Source: Pseudomonas aeruginosa PAO1 | GTDB lineage: Bacteria; Pseudomonadota; Gammaproteobacteria; Pseudomonadales; Pseudomonadaceae | Direction: 5' to 3' (one strand) | Length of the DNA: 64,000 nucleotides | NCBI RefSeq assembly: GCF_000006765.1 | Contig: NC_002516.2 | In this document: positions 29,679 to 41,744 of the stretch, piece after piece | Layout: every line of letters starts with the position of its first letter | Numbering within the stretch: the first letter of the stretch is position 1 | Notes under the pieces: generated by a model | Told to the model about the DNA's origin: nothing | The model's database searches: none | The model's input: only the letters and a program-made list of their open reading frames with translations | Program-made: the position numbers and the translations under genes

Positions 29679-30823
29679 TCGGCCTGGCCCAGGTGCTGCA
29701 GCCAGTTGCGGTAGAGCGCGGCGATCAGGTCGGTCTGGCTGACGATGCCGACCAGGTAGCCGGCCTCGTTGAGCACCGGCAGGCAGTGCAGGCCTTCGTC
29801 GGATAGCAGCGAGACCAGTTCGACGGCGTGGGTGTCGGCCTGTACGCAGACCACCGGGGTGGTCATGATCGTCTTCAGCTTGGTCCCGCGCAGGAAGCGC
29901 AGGCGCTTGAACGGGCTGCCGTCGGGGCGGAAGTGCTTGAGCAGGTCGCTCTGGGTGACGATGCCGGCCAGCCGCCGATGCTCGTCGAGCACCGGCAGGG
30001 CCTTCAGACGGTGTTCCTGCAACTGCTTCCAGGCGTCGTCGATGAAGGTCTCGGTGCTGGCGGTCTGCACGTCGCGGGACATGATCCGTGCCGCGGTCAG
30101 CTCGCCCATGCGCCGGCGCAAGGCGTAGCGCTCGGTATGGTGGATCAGTCGCTCGAGATCGTCGCGGGTGATGTCGACGTATTCGCCGAAGTCCTGCAGC
30201 GCCTGGTCCAGGTCCCGGGCGGAGAAGTCCGTACGCGCGCTCGGCGCCAGGTCGCGGGTGCCATGGAGATTGGCCCGCGGCGACTGGTAGGGGCGCGGGT
30301 AGGGAGAGCGCATCAGGTTGTTGTAGAGCAGCGCGCAGCCGATCAGCACCAGGGTGGAGAGCAGGATCGGCCAGACCACGTCGATGCCGAGTTCGCTCAG
30401 GGACGGGTTGAGGGCCACGCTCAGGGCCAGCGCGCAGCTCGGCGGATGCAGGCAGCGCAGGGCGAACATCAGCAGCATGCCGAGGGCCATGCCGACCAGG
30501 GCCGGGGCCAGATCGTGTCCGAACCAGTAGGCGCTGAGGCCGCCGGCCAGGGCGGCGACCAGGTTGCCGCCGAGCATCGACCAGGGTTGCGCCAGGGGGC
30601 TGGAGGCGAGGGCGAACAGTAGTACGGCGGATGCGCCGAGCGGCGCTGCCAGGCGCAGCGCCAGTTCGCTGCCGAACAACGCCTGGCAGGCGAATACCGC
30701 GGCGAGCGCGCCGATGCAGGCGCCGAGTCCGGCGCGCAGGCAGTCGCGTGGTCGGGCGTTCAGGGTCAGGGGGCGGAAGCCTTTCAGCCAGGTGCGTACG
30801 GCGGTGCTGGGGGAGTCGTTCAT
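29666..30823 (-). CDS. HPP-family membrane protein with two CBS domains
   Basis: APLGASAVLLF, SPLAQPW, CLHPPS; C-terminal CBS pair (IMSRDV, LPVLDE, GIVTQSDL / GIVSQTDL). Confidence 0.92.
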   Translation of the reverse strand: MNDSPSTAVRTWLKGFRPLTLNARPRDCLRAGLGACIGALAAVFACQALFGSELALRLAAPLGASAVLLFALASSPLAQPWSMLGGNLVAALAGGLSAYWFGHDLAPALVGMALGMLLMFALRCLHPPSCALALSVALNPSLSELGIDVVWPILLSTLVLIGCALLYNNLMRSPYPRPYQSPRANLHGTRDLAPSARTDFSARDLDQALQDFGEYVDITRDDLERLIHHTERYALRRRMGELTAARIMSRDVQTASTETFIDDAWKQLQEHRLKALPVLDEHRRLAGIVTQSDLLKHFRPDGSPFKRLRFLRGTKLKTIMTTPVVCVQADTHAVELVSLLSDEGLHCLPVLNEAGYLVGIVSQTDLIAALYRNWLQHLGQADQIT

Positions 30824-30914
30824 GGAACTCTTCGAAGCGAAAGAAAGGGGCCGTTGCCGGCCCCGTAAGGCACTTTCGTGCTGGAGGCATCCATCCCTGG
30901 ATGATGGAGTCGGT

Positions 30915-31136
30915 TCAGGCGAGGAACGGCGGGCCGGCGGCCTCGCGGGATTCCTCGAGGGGGCGGACCACCTGCCGGCAGATCTTGCCGGTATCCCGGG
31001 CGACCCGGCGGGCGGCCTCGGGATCGTCGGCGAACGGCAGCAGGGCGGCCTGTTCGCGTTCCTCGCGGGTACTGCCGGCGAGGCTGAGGGCGAGGCCGAG
31101 CGCCAGGGTGGAGAGGCACAGCAGGGACAACAGCAT
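30915..31136 (-). CDS. ccoQ3: cbb3 oxidase small subunit CcoQ (orphan copy)
   Basis: N-terminal TM, EQAALLPFADD motif; starts 2 nt after the ccoN stop. Confidence 0.78.
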   Translation of the reverse strand: MLLSLLCLSTLALGLALSLAGSTREEREQAALLPFADDPEAARRVARDTGKICRQVVRPLEESREAAGPPFLA

Positions 31137-31138
31137 GT

Positions 31139-32581
<1,443 letters not shown>

Positions 32582-32755
32582 GGTCGCTGGCACGCCGGGC
32601 CCCGGGGTCCGGCCGGCTGGCGAGCAGGCGCGACCCTCGGGTCCTCGTTGGGTTATCGGTATTTTTCTGGGTATCCCGTTGCCGGGTCGATGGAGTGCGG
32701 AGGTCGGATCTTCGTCTGGAAGGCTCGGAACAGACGGCTCATGGCACTGGTGGCC

Positions 32756-32793
32756 ATTCTAGGAGGGGAGCTTTATTCGTCTCCAACGAATAA
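32756..32793 (-). promoter_or_regulatory. Putative ccoN3 promoter (-10 TAGAAT) with a perfect dyad over the -35 region
   Basis: Minus strand TAGAAT at 32756-32761; TTATTCGT-ctcca-ACGAATAA at 32773-32793, containing T-N11-A. Confidence 0.5.
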
Positions 32794-32850
32794 TGTTGCT
32801 ATTACAGTGCAAAATTATTGAATTGAAACGGAGGAGGACTTCCGGGGCAG

Positions 32851-32898
32851 GGCGCACAACCGCTTCGTGGGATGTGCGCCAGGGCGGCTATCCGCCCT
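32851..32898. repeat. Two adjacent GC-rich hairpins (REP/terminator-like)
   Basis: GGCGCACA...TGTGCGCC and AGGGCGG-ctat-CCGCCCT downstream of the DUF808 gene. Confidence 0.35.
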
Positions 32899-32927
32899 CC
32901 GCGATGGCGCTGTCGGCGATGGCAGGC

Positions 32928-33851
32928 TCAGCCAGTCTTTTTCTTCTTCGGCAGCAGGCGCTTGACCAGCAGCACCCCCGCCAGCACCACGGCGCCGGCG
33001 ACGATGCCGAACAGGAAGTTCAGCAAGGTCGGGGTGATCGCCGCCAGCAGCGGGCCCAGCGTGGCGATGCCGGCGACGCTCTGCGCGGCCTGTTCGATGG
33101 CGTGGTGGACCACCGGGATACCGTGGGTGAGGATGCCGCCGCCGACCATGAACATCGCCGCCATGCCGACCACCGACAGGCCTTTCATCAGGTATGGCGC
33201 GGTGCGCAGGATGGCGCCGCCGAGGCCTTGGGCAAAGCCGCTGTCGCGCCTGGACAGGTAGAGGCCGGCGTCGTCCAGCTTGACGATGCCGGCGACCAGG
33301 CCGTAGACGCCGATGGTCATCACCAGGGCGATGCCGACCAGCACCAGTACCTGGGTGGTGAAGCTGGACTCGGCGACGGTACCCAGGGTGATGGCGATGA
33401 TTTCCGCGGAGAGGATGAAGTCGGTACGGATCGCGCCGCCGATCTTCTGCTTTTCCAGGGCGGCCACGTCGACATTGGCCGCCAGCGCTGCCTCGTCGGC
33501 GTGCTCGTCGTCATGGGGCAGGTATTTGTGGGCGATCTTCTCGAAGCCTTCGAAGCACAGGTAGGCGCCACCGAGCATCAGCAGCGGGATCACCGCCCAG
33601 GGCGCGAAGGCGCTGATCAACAGCGCGGCGGGGACGAGGATCGCCTTGTTCCGCAGCGAGCCCTTGGCTACCGCCCAGACCACCGGCAGTTCGCGGTCGG
33701 CGTTGACCCCGGTGACCTGCTGGGCGTTGAGGGCCAGGTCGTCGCCGAGGACACCGGCGGTCTTCTTCGCGGCGACCTTGGTCATCAGCGAGACGTCGTC
33801 GAGCACCGCGGCAATATCGTCGAGGAGGGTGAGGAGGCTGGCTCCGGCCAT
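32928..33851 (-). CDS. DUF808 (YedI-like) inner-membrane protein
   Basis: [64 protein letters not shown]. Confidence 0.92.
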   Translation of the reverse strand: MAGASLLTLLDDIAAVLDDVSLMTKVAAKKTAGVLGDDLALNAQQVTGVNADRELPVVWAVAKGSLRNKAILVPAALLISAFAPWAVIPLLMLGGAYLCFEGFEKIAHKYLPHDDEHADEAALAANVDVAALEKQKIGGAIRTDFILSAEIIAITLGTVAESSFTTQVLVLVGIALVMTIGVYGLVAGIVKLDDAGLYLSRRDSGFAQGLGGAILRTAPYLMKGLSVVGMAAMFMVGGGILTHGIPVVHHAIEQAAQSVAGIATLGPLLAAITPTLLNFLFGIVAGAVVLAGVLLVKRLLPKKKKTG

Positions 33852-33966
33852 CTTGGGTTTCCTTACTGGGTGGTGGGCACCGCCATCTTGGCGGGGTGTG
33901 TATTTGACACCGGATCGCGGCGGCGGAACAGTGCCTCGCGTTGGAGCGCGGGAGCCGCCGCACAGT

Positions 33967-34794
33967 TCATTGCGCAGGCGTTCGAGCGAGGTTTGCCAGG
34001 GCCAGGCGGGCGATGGCCAGCTCGGCTTCGGTCTCCTCGCGGCTGCCGTCCTCGTCGAACCAGGCCGCCGAGAGTCCGGTCCAGGCCAGGATCCATTGCA
34101 GCAGGCGGCGGCGCTGCAGGCCGCTGGCGGCGATTACGATCTCCAGCTGGCGCTCGAAACGGCCGGGCGCCTGGGCGGTCTTCGCGTCGGGATTGGTGAA
34201 CAGGTTGGCGTAGTCGTAGCCGCGCTCGCCGTAGAGCCGCTTGGGGTCGATGACTTGCCAGCCGCGCTCGCCGAAGTCGAGCACATTGCCGTGGTGGATG
34301 TCGCCATGCAGCGGGCGCTGTTCGCGAGCGGTCTCCAGCAGGTAGCGGGCGGCATTCGCGCAGTCGACGTAGAGCCCGCCGTAGCGGCGCTCGGCGGCAT
34401 ACAGCGAGTCGAACCAGCGCTCCAGCGGGGTCAGCTCTGGCAACGGACCCGGGCGCGGGGCATGGATGCGTTCGATGGCCTGGCAGAGGATACGCGTAGC
34501 CTCGTCGTCGTCGCCGCGCCTGACCATCTCCAGCAGCGAGCGCCCGCCGGTGGCACGCTCCATCAGCAGCGCCTGGTGGTCGTAGGCCAGCACCCTGGCC
34601 GCGCCCTGGCCGTCCCACCAGTTGAGCAGTACGTGGCCGAAACGCTCTTCTTCGGCACTGGATATCTTCAGCATCGCCGCTGCGCCGCGATGGCGCACCG
34701 GCAGCAGGCGGCTGCTGTGGGTGGCGAAGGGCTCGCCGTCGGGTTGCAACGCCCAGCGCTCGAGGTAGGGCGAGAAATCGAGGGATTCGCTCAC
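33967..34794 (-). CDS. str: Streptomycin 6-kinase, APH(6)-Ic-like
   Basis: ERWAL..DGE...[55 protein letters not shown]; GTG start 8 nt after the LysR stop. Confidence 0.88.
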   Translation of the reverse strand: MSESLDFSPYLERWALQPDGEPFATHSSRLLPVRHRGAAAMLKISSAEEERFGHVLLNWWDGQGAARVLAYDHQALLMERATGGRSLLEMVRRGDDDEATRILCQAIERIHAPRPGPLPELTPLERWFDSLYAAERRYGGLYVDCANAARYLLETAREQRPLHGDIHHGNVLDFGERGWQVIDPKRLYGERGYDYANLFTNPDAKTAQAPGRFERQLEIVIAASGLQRRRLLQWILAWTGLSAAWFDEDGSREETEAELAIARLALANLARTPAQ

Positions 34795-34802
34795 GGTCGG
34801 TC

Positions 34803-35690
34803 TCAGGCGCCCAGGCGCTGCTGGATGAAGTCGAGGAAGCACTGGATGCGCAGCGCCAGTTGCGAGTTGCGATAGTAGACGGCGTGGATCGGTTGCCGGT
34901 ATTCGCTCATCTGTTCGGCGAACAGCGGCACCAGGCGCCCATCCTGGATATCGCGGTCGGTCATGAAGCTGGCCAGGCAGGCGATGCCCTGGTGGCTCAG
35001 GGCCAGTTGGCGGAGCGTCTCGCCGCTGGAGGCAGAGATATCCGGCTGGATCTCCAGGCGATCGCCGTCGGCGTGCACCACCGGCCAGCGGTTGAGATGC
35101 TCGGGCTGGGTGAAGCCGAGCAGGGTGTGCCCTCGCAGCCCCTCGATGCTCGCCGGCGTGCCGTGGCGGGCCAGGTACTCCGGGCTGGCGAGGATGTGCA
35201 GGCGGCTGGCGCCCAGCGGCCGCGCGTGCAGGGTGGAGTCGCTGAGCGCACCGATGCGGATCGCCACGTCGGTGCGTTGCTCCAACAGGTCGATGATCAG
35301 GTCGTTGGTGTTGAGTTCGAGCTGGATGTCCGGGTACAGCCGGCGGAACTCGCCGATGTGCGGCACCACCGCGTGCAGCATGAAGGGCGAGGCGGCGTTG
35401 ATCCGCAGGCGCCCGGCGGGGCTCTGCCGGCGCAGGGCCAGGCGTTCCTCGAGCGCCTCCATCTGCTGCAGGATCTGCCGTGCCTGGTCGAGGAAGTAGC
35501 GGCCTTCCTCGGTCAGCTCCATGCGCCGGGTGGTGCGGTTGAGCAGGGTGGTGCCGAGCTTGTGCTCGAGGCGCGAGAGGGTCCGGCTGACGGCCGAGGC
35601 GGTCAGTCCCATCTGTTCCGCGGCGGCGCTGATGGAACCGCTGTCGACTACACTGACGAAGCTTTGCAGTTCATCGGAGTTGGCTTTCAT
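34803..35690 (-). CDS. LysR-family transcriptional regulator (DmlR-like)
   Basis: ELQSFVSVVDSGSISAAAEQMGLTASAVSRTLSRLEHKLGTTLLNRTTRR. Confidence 0.93.
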   Translation of the reverse strand: MKANSDELQSFVSVVDSGSISAAAEQMGLTASAVSRTLSRLEHKLGTTLLNRTTRRMELTEEGRYFLDQARQILQQMEALEERLALRRQSPAGRLRINAASPFMLHAVVPHIGEFRRLYPDIQLELNTNDLIIDLLEQRTDVAIRIGALSDSTLHARPLGASRLHILASPEYLARHGTPASIEGLRGHTLLGFTQPEHLNRWPVVHADGDRLEIQPDISASSGETLRQLALSHQGIACLASFMTDRDIQDGRLVPLFAEQMSEYRQPIHAVYYRNSQLALRIQCFLDFIQQRLGA

Positions 35691-35775
35691 TCGTGACTCC
35701 AGGGCAATCATTGCCGAAGCATAGCGATGTTTTCGGCAAGGACTGAAGAGGCACGCGTGCCCGCAGGAGGTTTTC

Positions 35776-36603
35776 ATGCCCGGCCACCGCATTACCCTCA
35801 CCGGAGAAAAGCAGACGCTCCTGATCACCCTCTACGCCAAGGCGCTGGATAGCCGCCTGGACGATTCCATCCTCCATGACCGTTTCGCCGAGGAGGCGGT
35901 GCGGCAGATCGACTTCGACTTCTCCAGGGTCGCCCTCGGCAAGGGCAACGAACGGGCCCTGGCCATGCGCTCGCATTACTTCGACCAGGCCTGCCGCGAG
36001 TTCCTCGGCCGCCATCCCGAGGGGCAGGTGCTCAACCTCGGTTGCGGCCTGGACAGCCGTATCTACCGGGTCGACCCGCCGGCCGAGCTGCCCTGGTTCG
36101 ACCTCGACTATCCGGAAGTCATGGACCTGCGCGAGCGACTCTACCCGCCGCGCGCCGGCGCCTATCGGGCGCTGCGCCACTCGGTGGACGACGACGGCTG
36201 GCTGCAAGGGGTGCCGCGCGAGCGGCCCGCCCTGGTCCTGGCCGAGGGGCTGATGCCCTATCTGCGGGAGTCCCAGGTGCGACGCCTGGTGGAACGCCTG
36301 GTCGACCACCTGGGTAGCGGCGAGCTGCTGTTCGACGGCTACGGCCGCCTCGGCATCATGCTGCTGCGCCTGTATCCGCCGCTGCGCGAGACCGGGGCGC
36401 AGGTGCATTGGAGCATCGACGACCCGCGCGAACTCGAGCGGTGGCATCCGGCCCTGCGTTTCATCGAGGAGGTCACCGACTATGACCCGCAGGACGTCGC
36501 CAAGCTGCCGCAGTCGTCGCGGCTGATGCTGCCGATCTACAACGGCTTCGCCTTCCTGCGGCGGATGGGCCGGCTGATCCGCTACCGTTGGCCCAGGGTC
36601 TAG
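35776..36603 (+). CDS. SAM-dependent methyltransferase (LCM/TcmP-like)
   Basis: TLLITLYAKALD, VLNLGCGLDSR, WFDLDYPEV, LAEGLMPYL; AGGAGG RBS; divergent from LysR. Confidence 0.88.
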   Translation: MPGHRITLTGEKQTLLITLYAKALDSRLDDSILHDRFAEEAVRQIDFDFSRVALGKGNERALAMRSHYFDQACREFLGRHPEGQVLNLGCGLDSRIYRVDPPAELPWFDLDYPEVMDLRERLYPPRAGAYRALRHSVDDDGWLQGVPRERPALVLAEGLMPYLRESQVRRLVERLVDHLGSGELLFDGYGRLGIMLLRLYPPLRETGAQVHWSIDDPRELERWHPALRFIEEVTDYDPQDVAKLPQSSRLMLPIYNGFAFLRRMGRLIRYRWPRV

Positions 36604-36624
36604 GCGCCGCAGGCGAGGCCGGGG

Positions 36625-37710
36625 TCAGGCGAGCACCGCCACCGACTTGATCTGCGCCCACAACAGCTGGCCGGGTCGTAGTTGCAACTGGTCCCGCGAG
36701 TAACGGGTGATCCGCGCCAGCAGCGGATTGCCGCCGGCATCCAGGCGCACCAGGACGTGGGCCGCGGTGTCGGTATCGACCAATTCCAGGACCCGTACCG
36801 GCAGGCGGTTGAGGATGCTGCTCTGGGCGTCGTCGCGCAGGTTCAGGCTGACGTCGCGCGCCTGTACCTTGAAGCGCAGGCGCTTGCCGGGGGCCAGCGG
36901 GGCGTGGGCGACGCGCATTTGCAGCGCACTGCCGGGCAGGACCAGGGTCAGCAGGCCGTAGGCCGGGTCGTGGTCGCTGACCGTGCCCTCGATCACCACC
37001 CCGGCGTCGTCGTCCAGCGCCAGCGGCAGGTCGACTCGCGCCAGGGTTTCGCCGATCGGCCCGCTGGCGCGGACCTTGCCGTTCTCCAGCAGCACCAGGT
37101 GATCGGCCAGGCGCGCCACTTCGTCTGGCGAGTGGCTGACATAGAGCACCGGGATGTCCAGTTCCTCGTGCAGGCGCTCGAGATAGGGCAGGATCTCGCC
37201 CTTGCGCTTCAGGTCGAGGGATGCCAGAGGCTCGTCCATCAGCAGCAGGCGCGGGCTGGTGAGGAGGGCCCGGGCGATGCCGACGCGTTGCTGCTCGCCG
37301 CCGGAGAGGCGTTCCGGCATGCGTTCCAGCAGATGCTCGATGCCCAGCAGGGCGCAGGCCTGTTCCAGCTCGACGCGGCGTTCGGCGGCGGCGATGCGCT
37401 TGAGACCGAAGGCCAGGTTGCGCCGCACCGTCAGGTGGCGGAACAGGTTGGCATCCTGGAACACGTAGCCGAGGGCACGCCGGTGGGGCGCGACGAAGAG
37501 GTTGCGGCGGCTGTCCTGCCAGGTCTCGCCGTTGATCGTCACCTCGCCCTCGGCGGCCTTTTCCAGGCCGGCGATACAGCGCAGGCAAGTGCTCTTGCCG
37601 GAGCCTGAATGGCCGAACAGAGCGGTCACGCCACGACCGGGAAGAGCCAGGTCGATGTCCAGTTCGAAGCCGGGGTAGGCGCGGCGGAAGCGCAGGCGCA
37701 GGCCGTCCAT
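36625..37710 (-). CDS. modC: Molybdate ABC transporter ATPase
   Basis: GHSGSGKST Walker [17 protein letters not shown]-terminal TOBE/Mop domain. Confidence 0.96.
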   Translation of the reverse strand: MDGLRLRFRRAYPGFELDIDLALPGRGVTALFGHSGSGKSTCLRCIAGLEKAAEGEVTINGETWQDSRRNLFVAPHRRALGYVFQDANLFRHLTVRRNLAFGLKRIAAAERRVELEQACALLGIEHLLERMPERLSGGEQQRVGIARALLTSPRLLLMDEPLASLDLKRKGEILPYLERLHEELDIPVLYVSHSPDEVARLADHLVLLENGKVRASGPIGETLARVDLPLALDDDAGVVIEGTVSDHDPAYGLLTLVLPGSALQMRVAHAPLAPGKRLRFKVQARDVSLNLRDDAQSSILNRLPVRVLELVDTDTAAHVLVRLDAGGNPLLARITRYSRDQLQLRPGQLLWAQIKSVAVLA

Positions 37711-37711
37711 C

Positions 37712-38398
37712 TCAGGCCCAGCCCGGCCGGCGGCGCCGGCCCGAATAGAGGGCGAGGAGGACGACGAAGGAGAACGCCACCATGCCGCCGGCCAGCCAGT
37801 GGGCCTGGGCGTATTCCATGGCTTCGACGTGATCGAATATCTGCACCGAGACCACGCGGGTTTTCTCCGGGATGTTGCCGCCGATCATCAGCACCACGCC
37901 GAACTCGCCGACGGTATGGGCGAAGCCGAGGATCGCGGCGGTGACGAAACCCGGCCGGGCCAGCGGCAGGACCACGCTGAAGAAACGGTCGACGGGGCTC
38001 GCGCGCAGGGTCGCGGCAGCCTCCAGCGGTTTCTCGCCGATCGCCTCGAAGGCGTTCTGCAACGGTTGCACGACGAAGGGCAGCGAGTAGAACACCGAAC
38101 CGACCACCAGACCGGCGAAGGTGAAGGGCAGGGTGCCGAGACCGAGGCTCTGGGTGAGCTGGCCGATGAAACCGTTGGGACCCATGCTGACCAGCAGGTA
38201 GAAGCCGATCACCGTCGGCGGCAGCACCAGCGGCAGGGCCACCACCGCGCCGATCGGCCCCTTCAGCCAGGAGCGGGTGCGCGCCAGCCACCAGGCGATG
38301 GGCGTGCCGATCAGCAGCAGGAGGAGGGTGGTGAGCGAAGCCAGCTCGATGGTCAGCCAGATGGCCGCCAGGTCCGTACTGTCGAGTGGCAACGCCAT
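37712..38398 (-). CDS. modB: Molybdate ABC permease
   Basis: [43 protein letters not shown]. Confidence 0.96.
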   Translation of the reverse strand: MALPLDSTDLAAIWLTIELASLTTLLLLLIGTPIAWWLARTRSWLKGPIGAVVALPLVLPPTVIGFYLLVSMGPNGFIGQLTQSLGLGTLPFTFAGLVVGSVFYSLPFVVQPLQNAFEAIGEKPLEAAATLRASPVDRFFSVVLPLARPGFVTAAILGFAHTVGEFGVVLMIGGNIPEKTRVVSVQIFDHVEAMEYAQAHWLAGGMVAFSFVVLLALYSGRRRRPGWA

Positions 38399-38410
38399 GC
38401 AGGTCCCGCC

Positions 38411-39217
<807 letters not shown>

Positions 39218-39224
39218 TTAGGGG

Positions 39225-39252
39225 TTCGCTATGGCTTTTGGAATATAGCGCT
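39225..39252. promoter_or_regulatory. ModE box upstream of modA
   Basis: CGCTAT-N12-ATAGCG, same spacing as the ModE consensus CGCTATATA-N6-TATATAACG. Confidence 0.7.
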
Positions 39253-39280
39253 ACGCGGAAATTGATCCGGCGCAAGTCGC

Positions 39281-39931
39281 TCAGCCGGCCAGCGCGCGGA
39301 AACGCCGACGCGGCGCGGCCTCGCCGGGGAGTGCCAGGCAGCCGGCGCAGACCAGGCGGACGATGTTTTCCGCCGCCTGCCGGTAGTCGCTTGCGTCCAG
39401 CCCGGCCTGGCCGGTGAGGCGCGCCAGTTGCCAGCCGCCAAGGGCATAGGACTCGGTCATCGCCCACAGGTTGAGCAGCAGGTGGTACGGATCCAGCGGC
39501 GCCAGCAGGCCTTCGTCGATCCACTGGCGGATGCGCTCGGCGTTGCGTTCCGCCTGGGCGTCGAGGCGTTCCAGCAGCGGCGCCGGCATGCGCGGCGCGC
39601 CGCGCATGATCTCGCAGGAGAAGACCCTGGCCGCGTACGGCCGCTCGGCGCCGATGCGCATCTTGTTGTCGACGTAGGCGCGTAGCGCCTCGGCGGGCGG
39701 CTGGTCGCCGGCGAATGGCCGGGAGGCTTCCAGCAGGGGCTCGACGATGCTGTCCAGCACCGCCTCGTAGAGTTGCGCCTTGGAGCGGTAGTAATAGAGC
39801 ACGTTGGCCTTCGCCACGCCGGCGCGCTCGGCGACGTCGCTGAGCCGGGCGGCGCTGAAGCCGCAGTCGGCGAAGACTTCGCAGGCGGCGTCGAGGATCA
39901 GTTGCAGGTTGCGTTGGCGGATCTTCTTCAT
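39281..39931 (-). CDS. TetR-family regulator, RutR-like
   Basis: IRQRNLQLILDAACEVFA..GFSAARLSDVAERAGVAKANVLYYYRSK; SCEIMRGAP; DPYHLLLNLWAMT. Confidence 0.92.
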   Translation of the reverse strand: MKKIRQRNLQLILDAACEVFADCGFSAARLSDVAERAGVAKANVLYYYRSKAQLYEAVLDSIVEPLLEASRPFAGDQPPAEALRAYVDNKMRIGAERPYAARVFSCEIMRGAPRMPAPLLERLDAQAERNAERIRQWIDEGLLAPLDPYHLLLNLWAMTESYALGGWQLARLTGQAGLDASDYRQAAENIVRLVCAGCLALPGEAAPRRRFRALAG

Positions 39932-39952
39932 CGGGACCGATACGGGGCAGGT

Positions 39953-39980
39953 TTCGTTGTTAATATTTTTATATAACGAA
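39953..39980. promoter_or_regulatory. Second ModE-like box upstream of the RutR-like TetR gene
   Basis: TTCGTTGT-taatattttt-ATATAACGAA = CGTTGT-N12-ATAACG; right half TATATAACGA is near-consensus. Confidence 0.65.
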
Positions 39981-40060
39981 CGCCTTGTGCCTGGATAGTC
40001 GTCGTCAGGCCGGCGACGCTTGATCGGATGCGCATTGCCAAGCCGTGGGGGCGCTGGTAT

Positions 40061-40076
40061 CTGTATGCATGAACAG
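40061..40076. promoter_or_regulatory. LexA (SOS) box
   Basis: CTGT-atgcatga-ACAG, an exact fit to the gammaproteobacterial CTGT-N8-ACAG; overlaps the ATG at 40065. Confidence 0.8.
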
Positions 40077-41744
40077 TACCAGGCTCCGCTTCCCGTGAAT
40101 TCCCCAGCGCTTCCCGAACCCTTCTACTACCTGCACAACTTCCGCGCGGTGCTCGCCTGGATCGGCGAACGCTATGCCGATCTGCTCGACGATCAGGAAC
40201 GTGCCTTCATCGCCGCGTTCGCCGAGCTGCCCGAGGCCAGCCAGGCCCTGCTGGTGCGCATGGTGATGCGCAAGGGCACGCTGTTCCGCGAAGGCAAGCT
40301 GGCCTATGCCGAGATCGGCGACACGCGCGCCGCCGTGCAACCGCTGTTGGCATTGGGCTGGGTGGACGCGCAGCCGACCCTGGAACTGGCGCAACTGTTC
40401 GGCTTGCTGAAGAAGGACGAATTGTCGCAGCTGTTCAGGGACCATCTCGGGCGCGCGAACCTGCGCAAGGATGCGCTGCTGGAACGGCTCCAGCCGTTGT
40501 TCCCCGAGGCGCGGCGGCTCGCCGAGTGGCAGGCCGACTTCGCCGAACCGGTCTACGAGTTGCGCTGCATGGCGCTCTGCGACCGCTTGCGGTTGATGTA
40601 TTTCGGCAACCTGTGGCAGGACTGGTCGGAGTTCGTCCTTGCCGACCTGGGTATCTATCGTTACGAAAGCGTCGAGTTTTCCGCCGACTCTCGCGGCTTT
40701 CGCCTGCGCGCCGACGTCGACGCCTATCTCCACCTGTTCGACTGCCGCCAGCGCTTCGACCTCGGCGAGCCGCTGGAGGAACTGCTCGCCGGCCTGCCGG
40801 GCGAACCCTACGCCAATCCCTGGCTGGAAGGGCGGCGGGTCAAGCTGCTGTTCCAGTTCGCCCAGCACTGCGAAAAGCAGCGGGATTTCGACCTGGCCCA
40901 GCGGCTCTATCGCCAATCCAGCCACCCCGGCGCGCGCCTGCGGGCGATTCGCAGCCTGGAACGCGGCGAGCGCTTCGCCGAAGCCCATGCATTGGCGCGG
41001 GAGGCCAGCTGTGCGCCGGAAAGCGACGCCGAACGCCAGGGCCTGGCCCGATTGCTGCCGCGCCTGCAAGGCAAGCTCGGCCTGCCGCGACAGGCGCGGG
41101 CGGCGGCTCCGGAAATCGACCGCCTGGACCTGTGCCTGGCGTTCCCGAGCGAACCCTGTAGCGTCGAGTGGGCGGTCCGCGAGCACCTGGAAGAGCCCGG
41201 TTGCGCGGTGCACTACGTCGAGAACGGCCTGATCAATTCGCTGTTCGGGCTGCTCTGCTGGGAGGCGATCTTCGCCGCCATTCCCGGGGCGTTCTTCCAT
41301 CCCTTCCACAGCGCGCCGGCGGACCTGCACAGCGCCGACTTCCGCCAGCGCCGCGCCGCCCTGTTCGAGGCCTGCCTGGGACGGCTGGAGGACGGCAGCT
41401 ACCGCGACGCGATCCGCTGTCGCTACCGCGACAAGTTCGGCCTGCAGTCGCCCTTCGTCTACTGGGAACTGCTTGGCGAGGAACTGCTCGAACAGGCGCT
41501 CGATTGCCTGCCGGCGGCCCACCTGCGCGCCTGGTTCGAACGCCTGCTGGAGGATATCCCGGGCAACCGCGCCGGCCTGCCGGACCTGATCCAGTTCTGG
41601 CCGGCGCAGCGGCGCTACCGGATGGTCGAGGTCAAGGGACCGGGCGACCGCCTGCAGGACAACCAGTTGCGCTGGCTGCAATTCTGCCGCGAGCGGGAGA
41701 TGCCGGTGGCGGTCTGCTACGTGCGCTGGCATGTCGATGACTGA
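40065..41744 (+). CDS. fan1: FAN1-like VRR-NUC structure-specific nuclease
   Basis: PFYYLHNF start, TPR-like middle, C-terminal GLPDLIQF...VEVKGPGDRLQDNQLRW PD-(D/E)xK motif; 559 aa matches the structurally studied PaFAN1; true start may be the GTG at 40095. Confidence 0.92.
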   Translation: MHEQYQAPLPVNSPALPEPFYYLHNFRAVLAWIGERYADLLDDQERAFIAAFAELPEASQALLVRMVMRKGTLFREGKLAYAEIGDTRAAVQPLLALGWVDAQPTLELAQLFGLLKKDELSQLFRDHLGRANLRKDALLERLQPLFPEARRLAEWQADFAEPVYELRCMALCDRLRLMYFGNLWQDWSEFVLADLGIYRYESVEFSADSRGFRLRADVDAYLHLFDCRQRFDLGEPLEELLAGLPGEPYANPWLEGRRVKLLFQFAQHCEKQRDFDLAQRLYRQSSHPGARLRAIRSLERGERFAEAHALAREASCAPESDAERQGLARLLPRLQGKLGLPRQARAAAPEIDRLDLCLAFPSEPCSVEWAVREHLEEPGCAVHYVENGLINSLFGLLCWEAIFAAIPGAFFHPFHSAPADLHSADFRQRRAALFEACLGRLEDGSYRDAIRCRYRDKFGLQSPFVYWELLGEELLEQALDCLPAAHLRAWFERLLEDIPGNRAGLPDLIQFWPAQRRYRMVEVKGPGDRLQDNQLRWLQFCREREMPVAVCYVRWHVDD

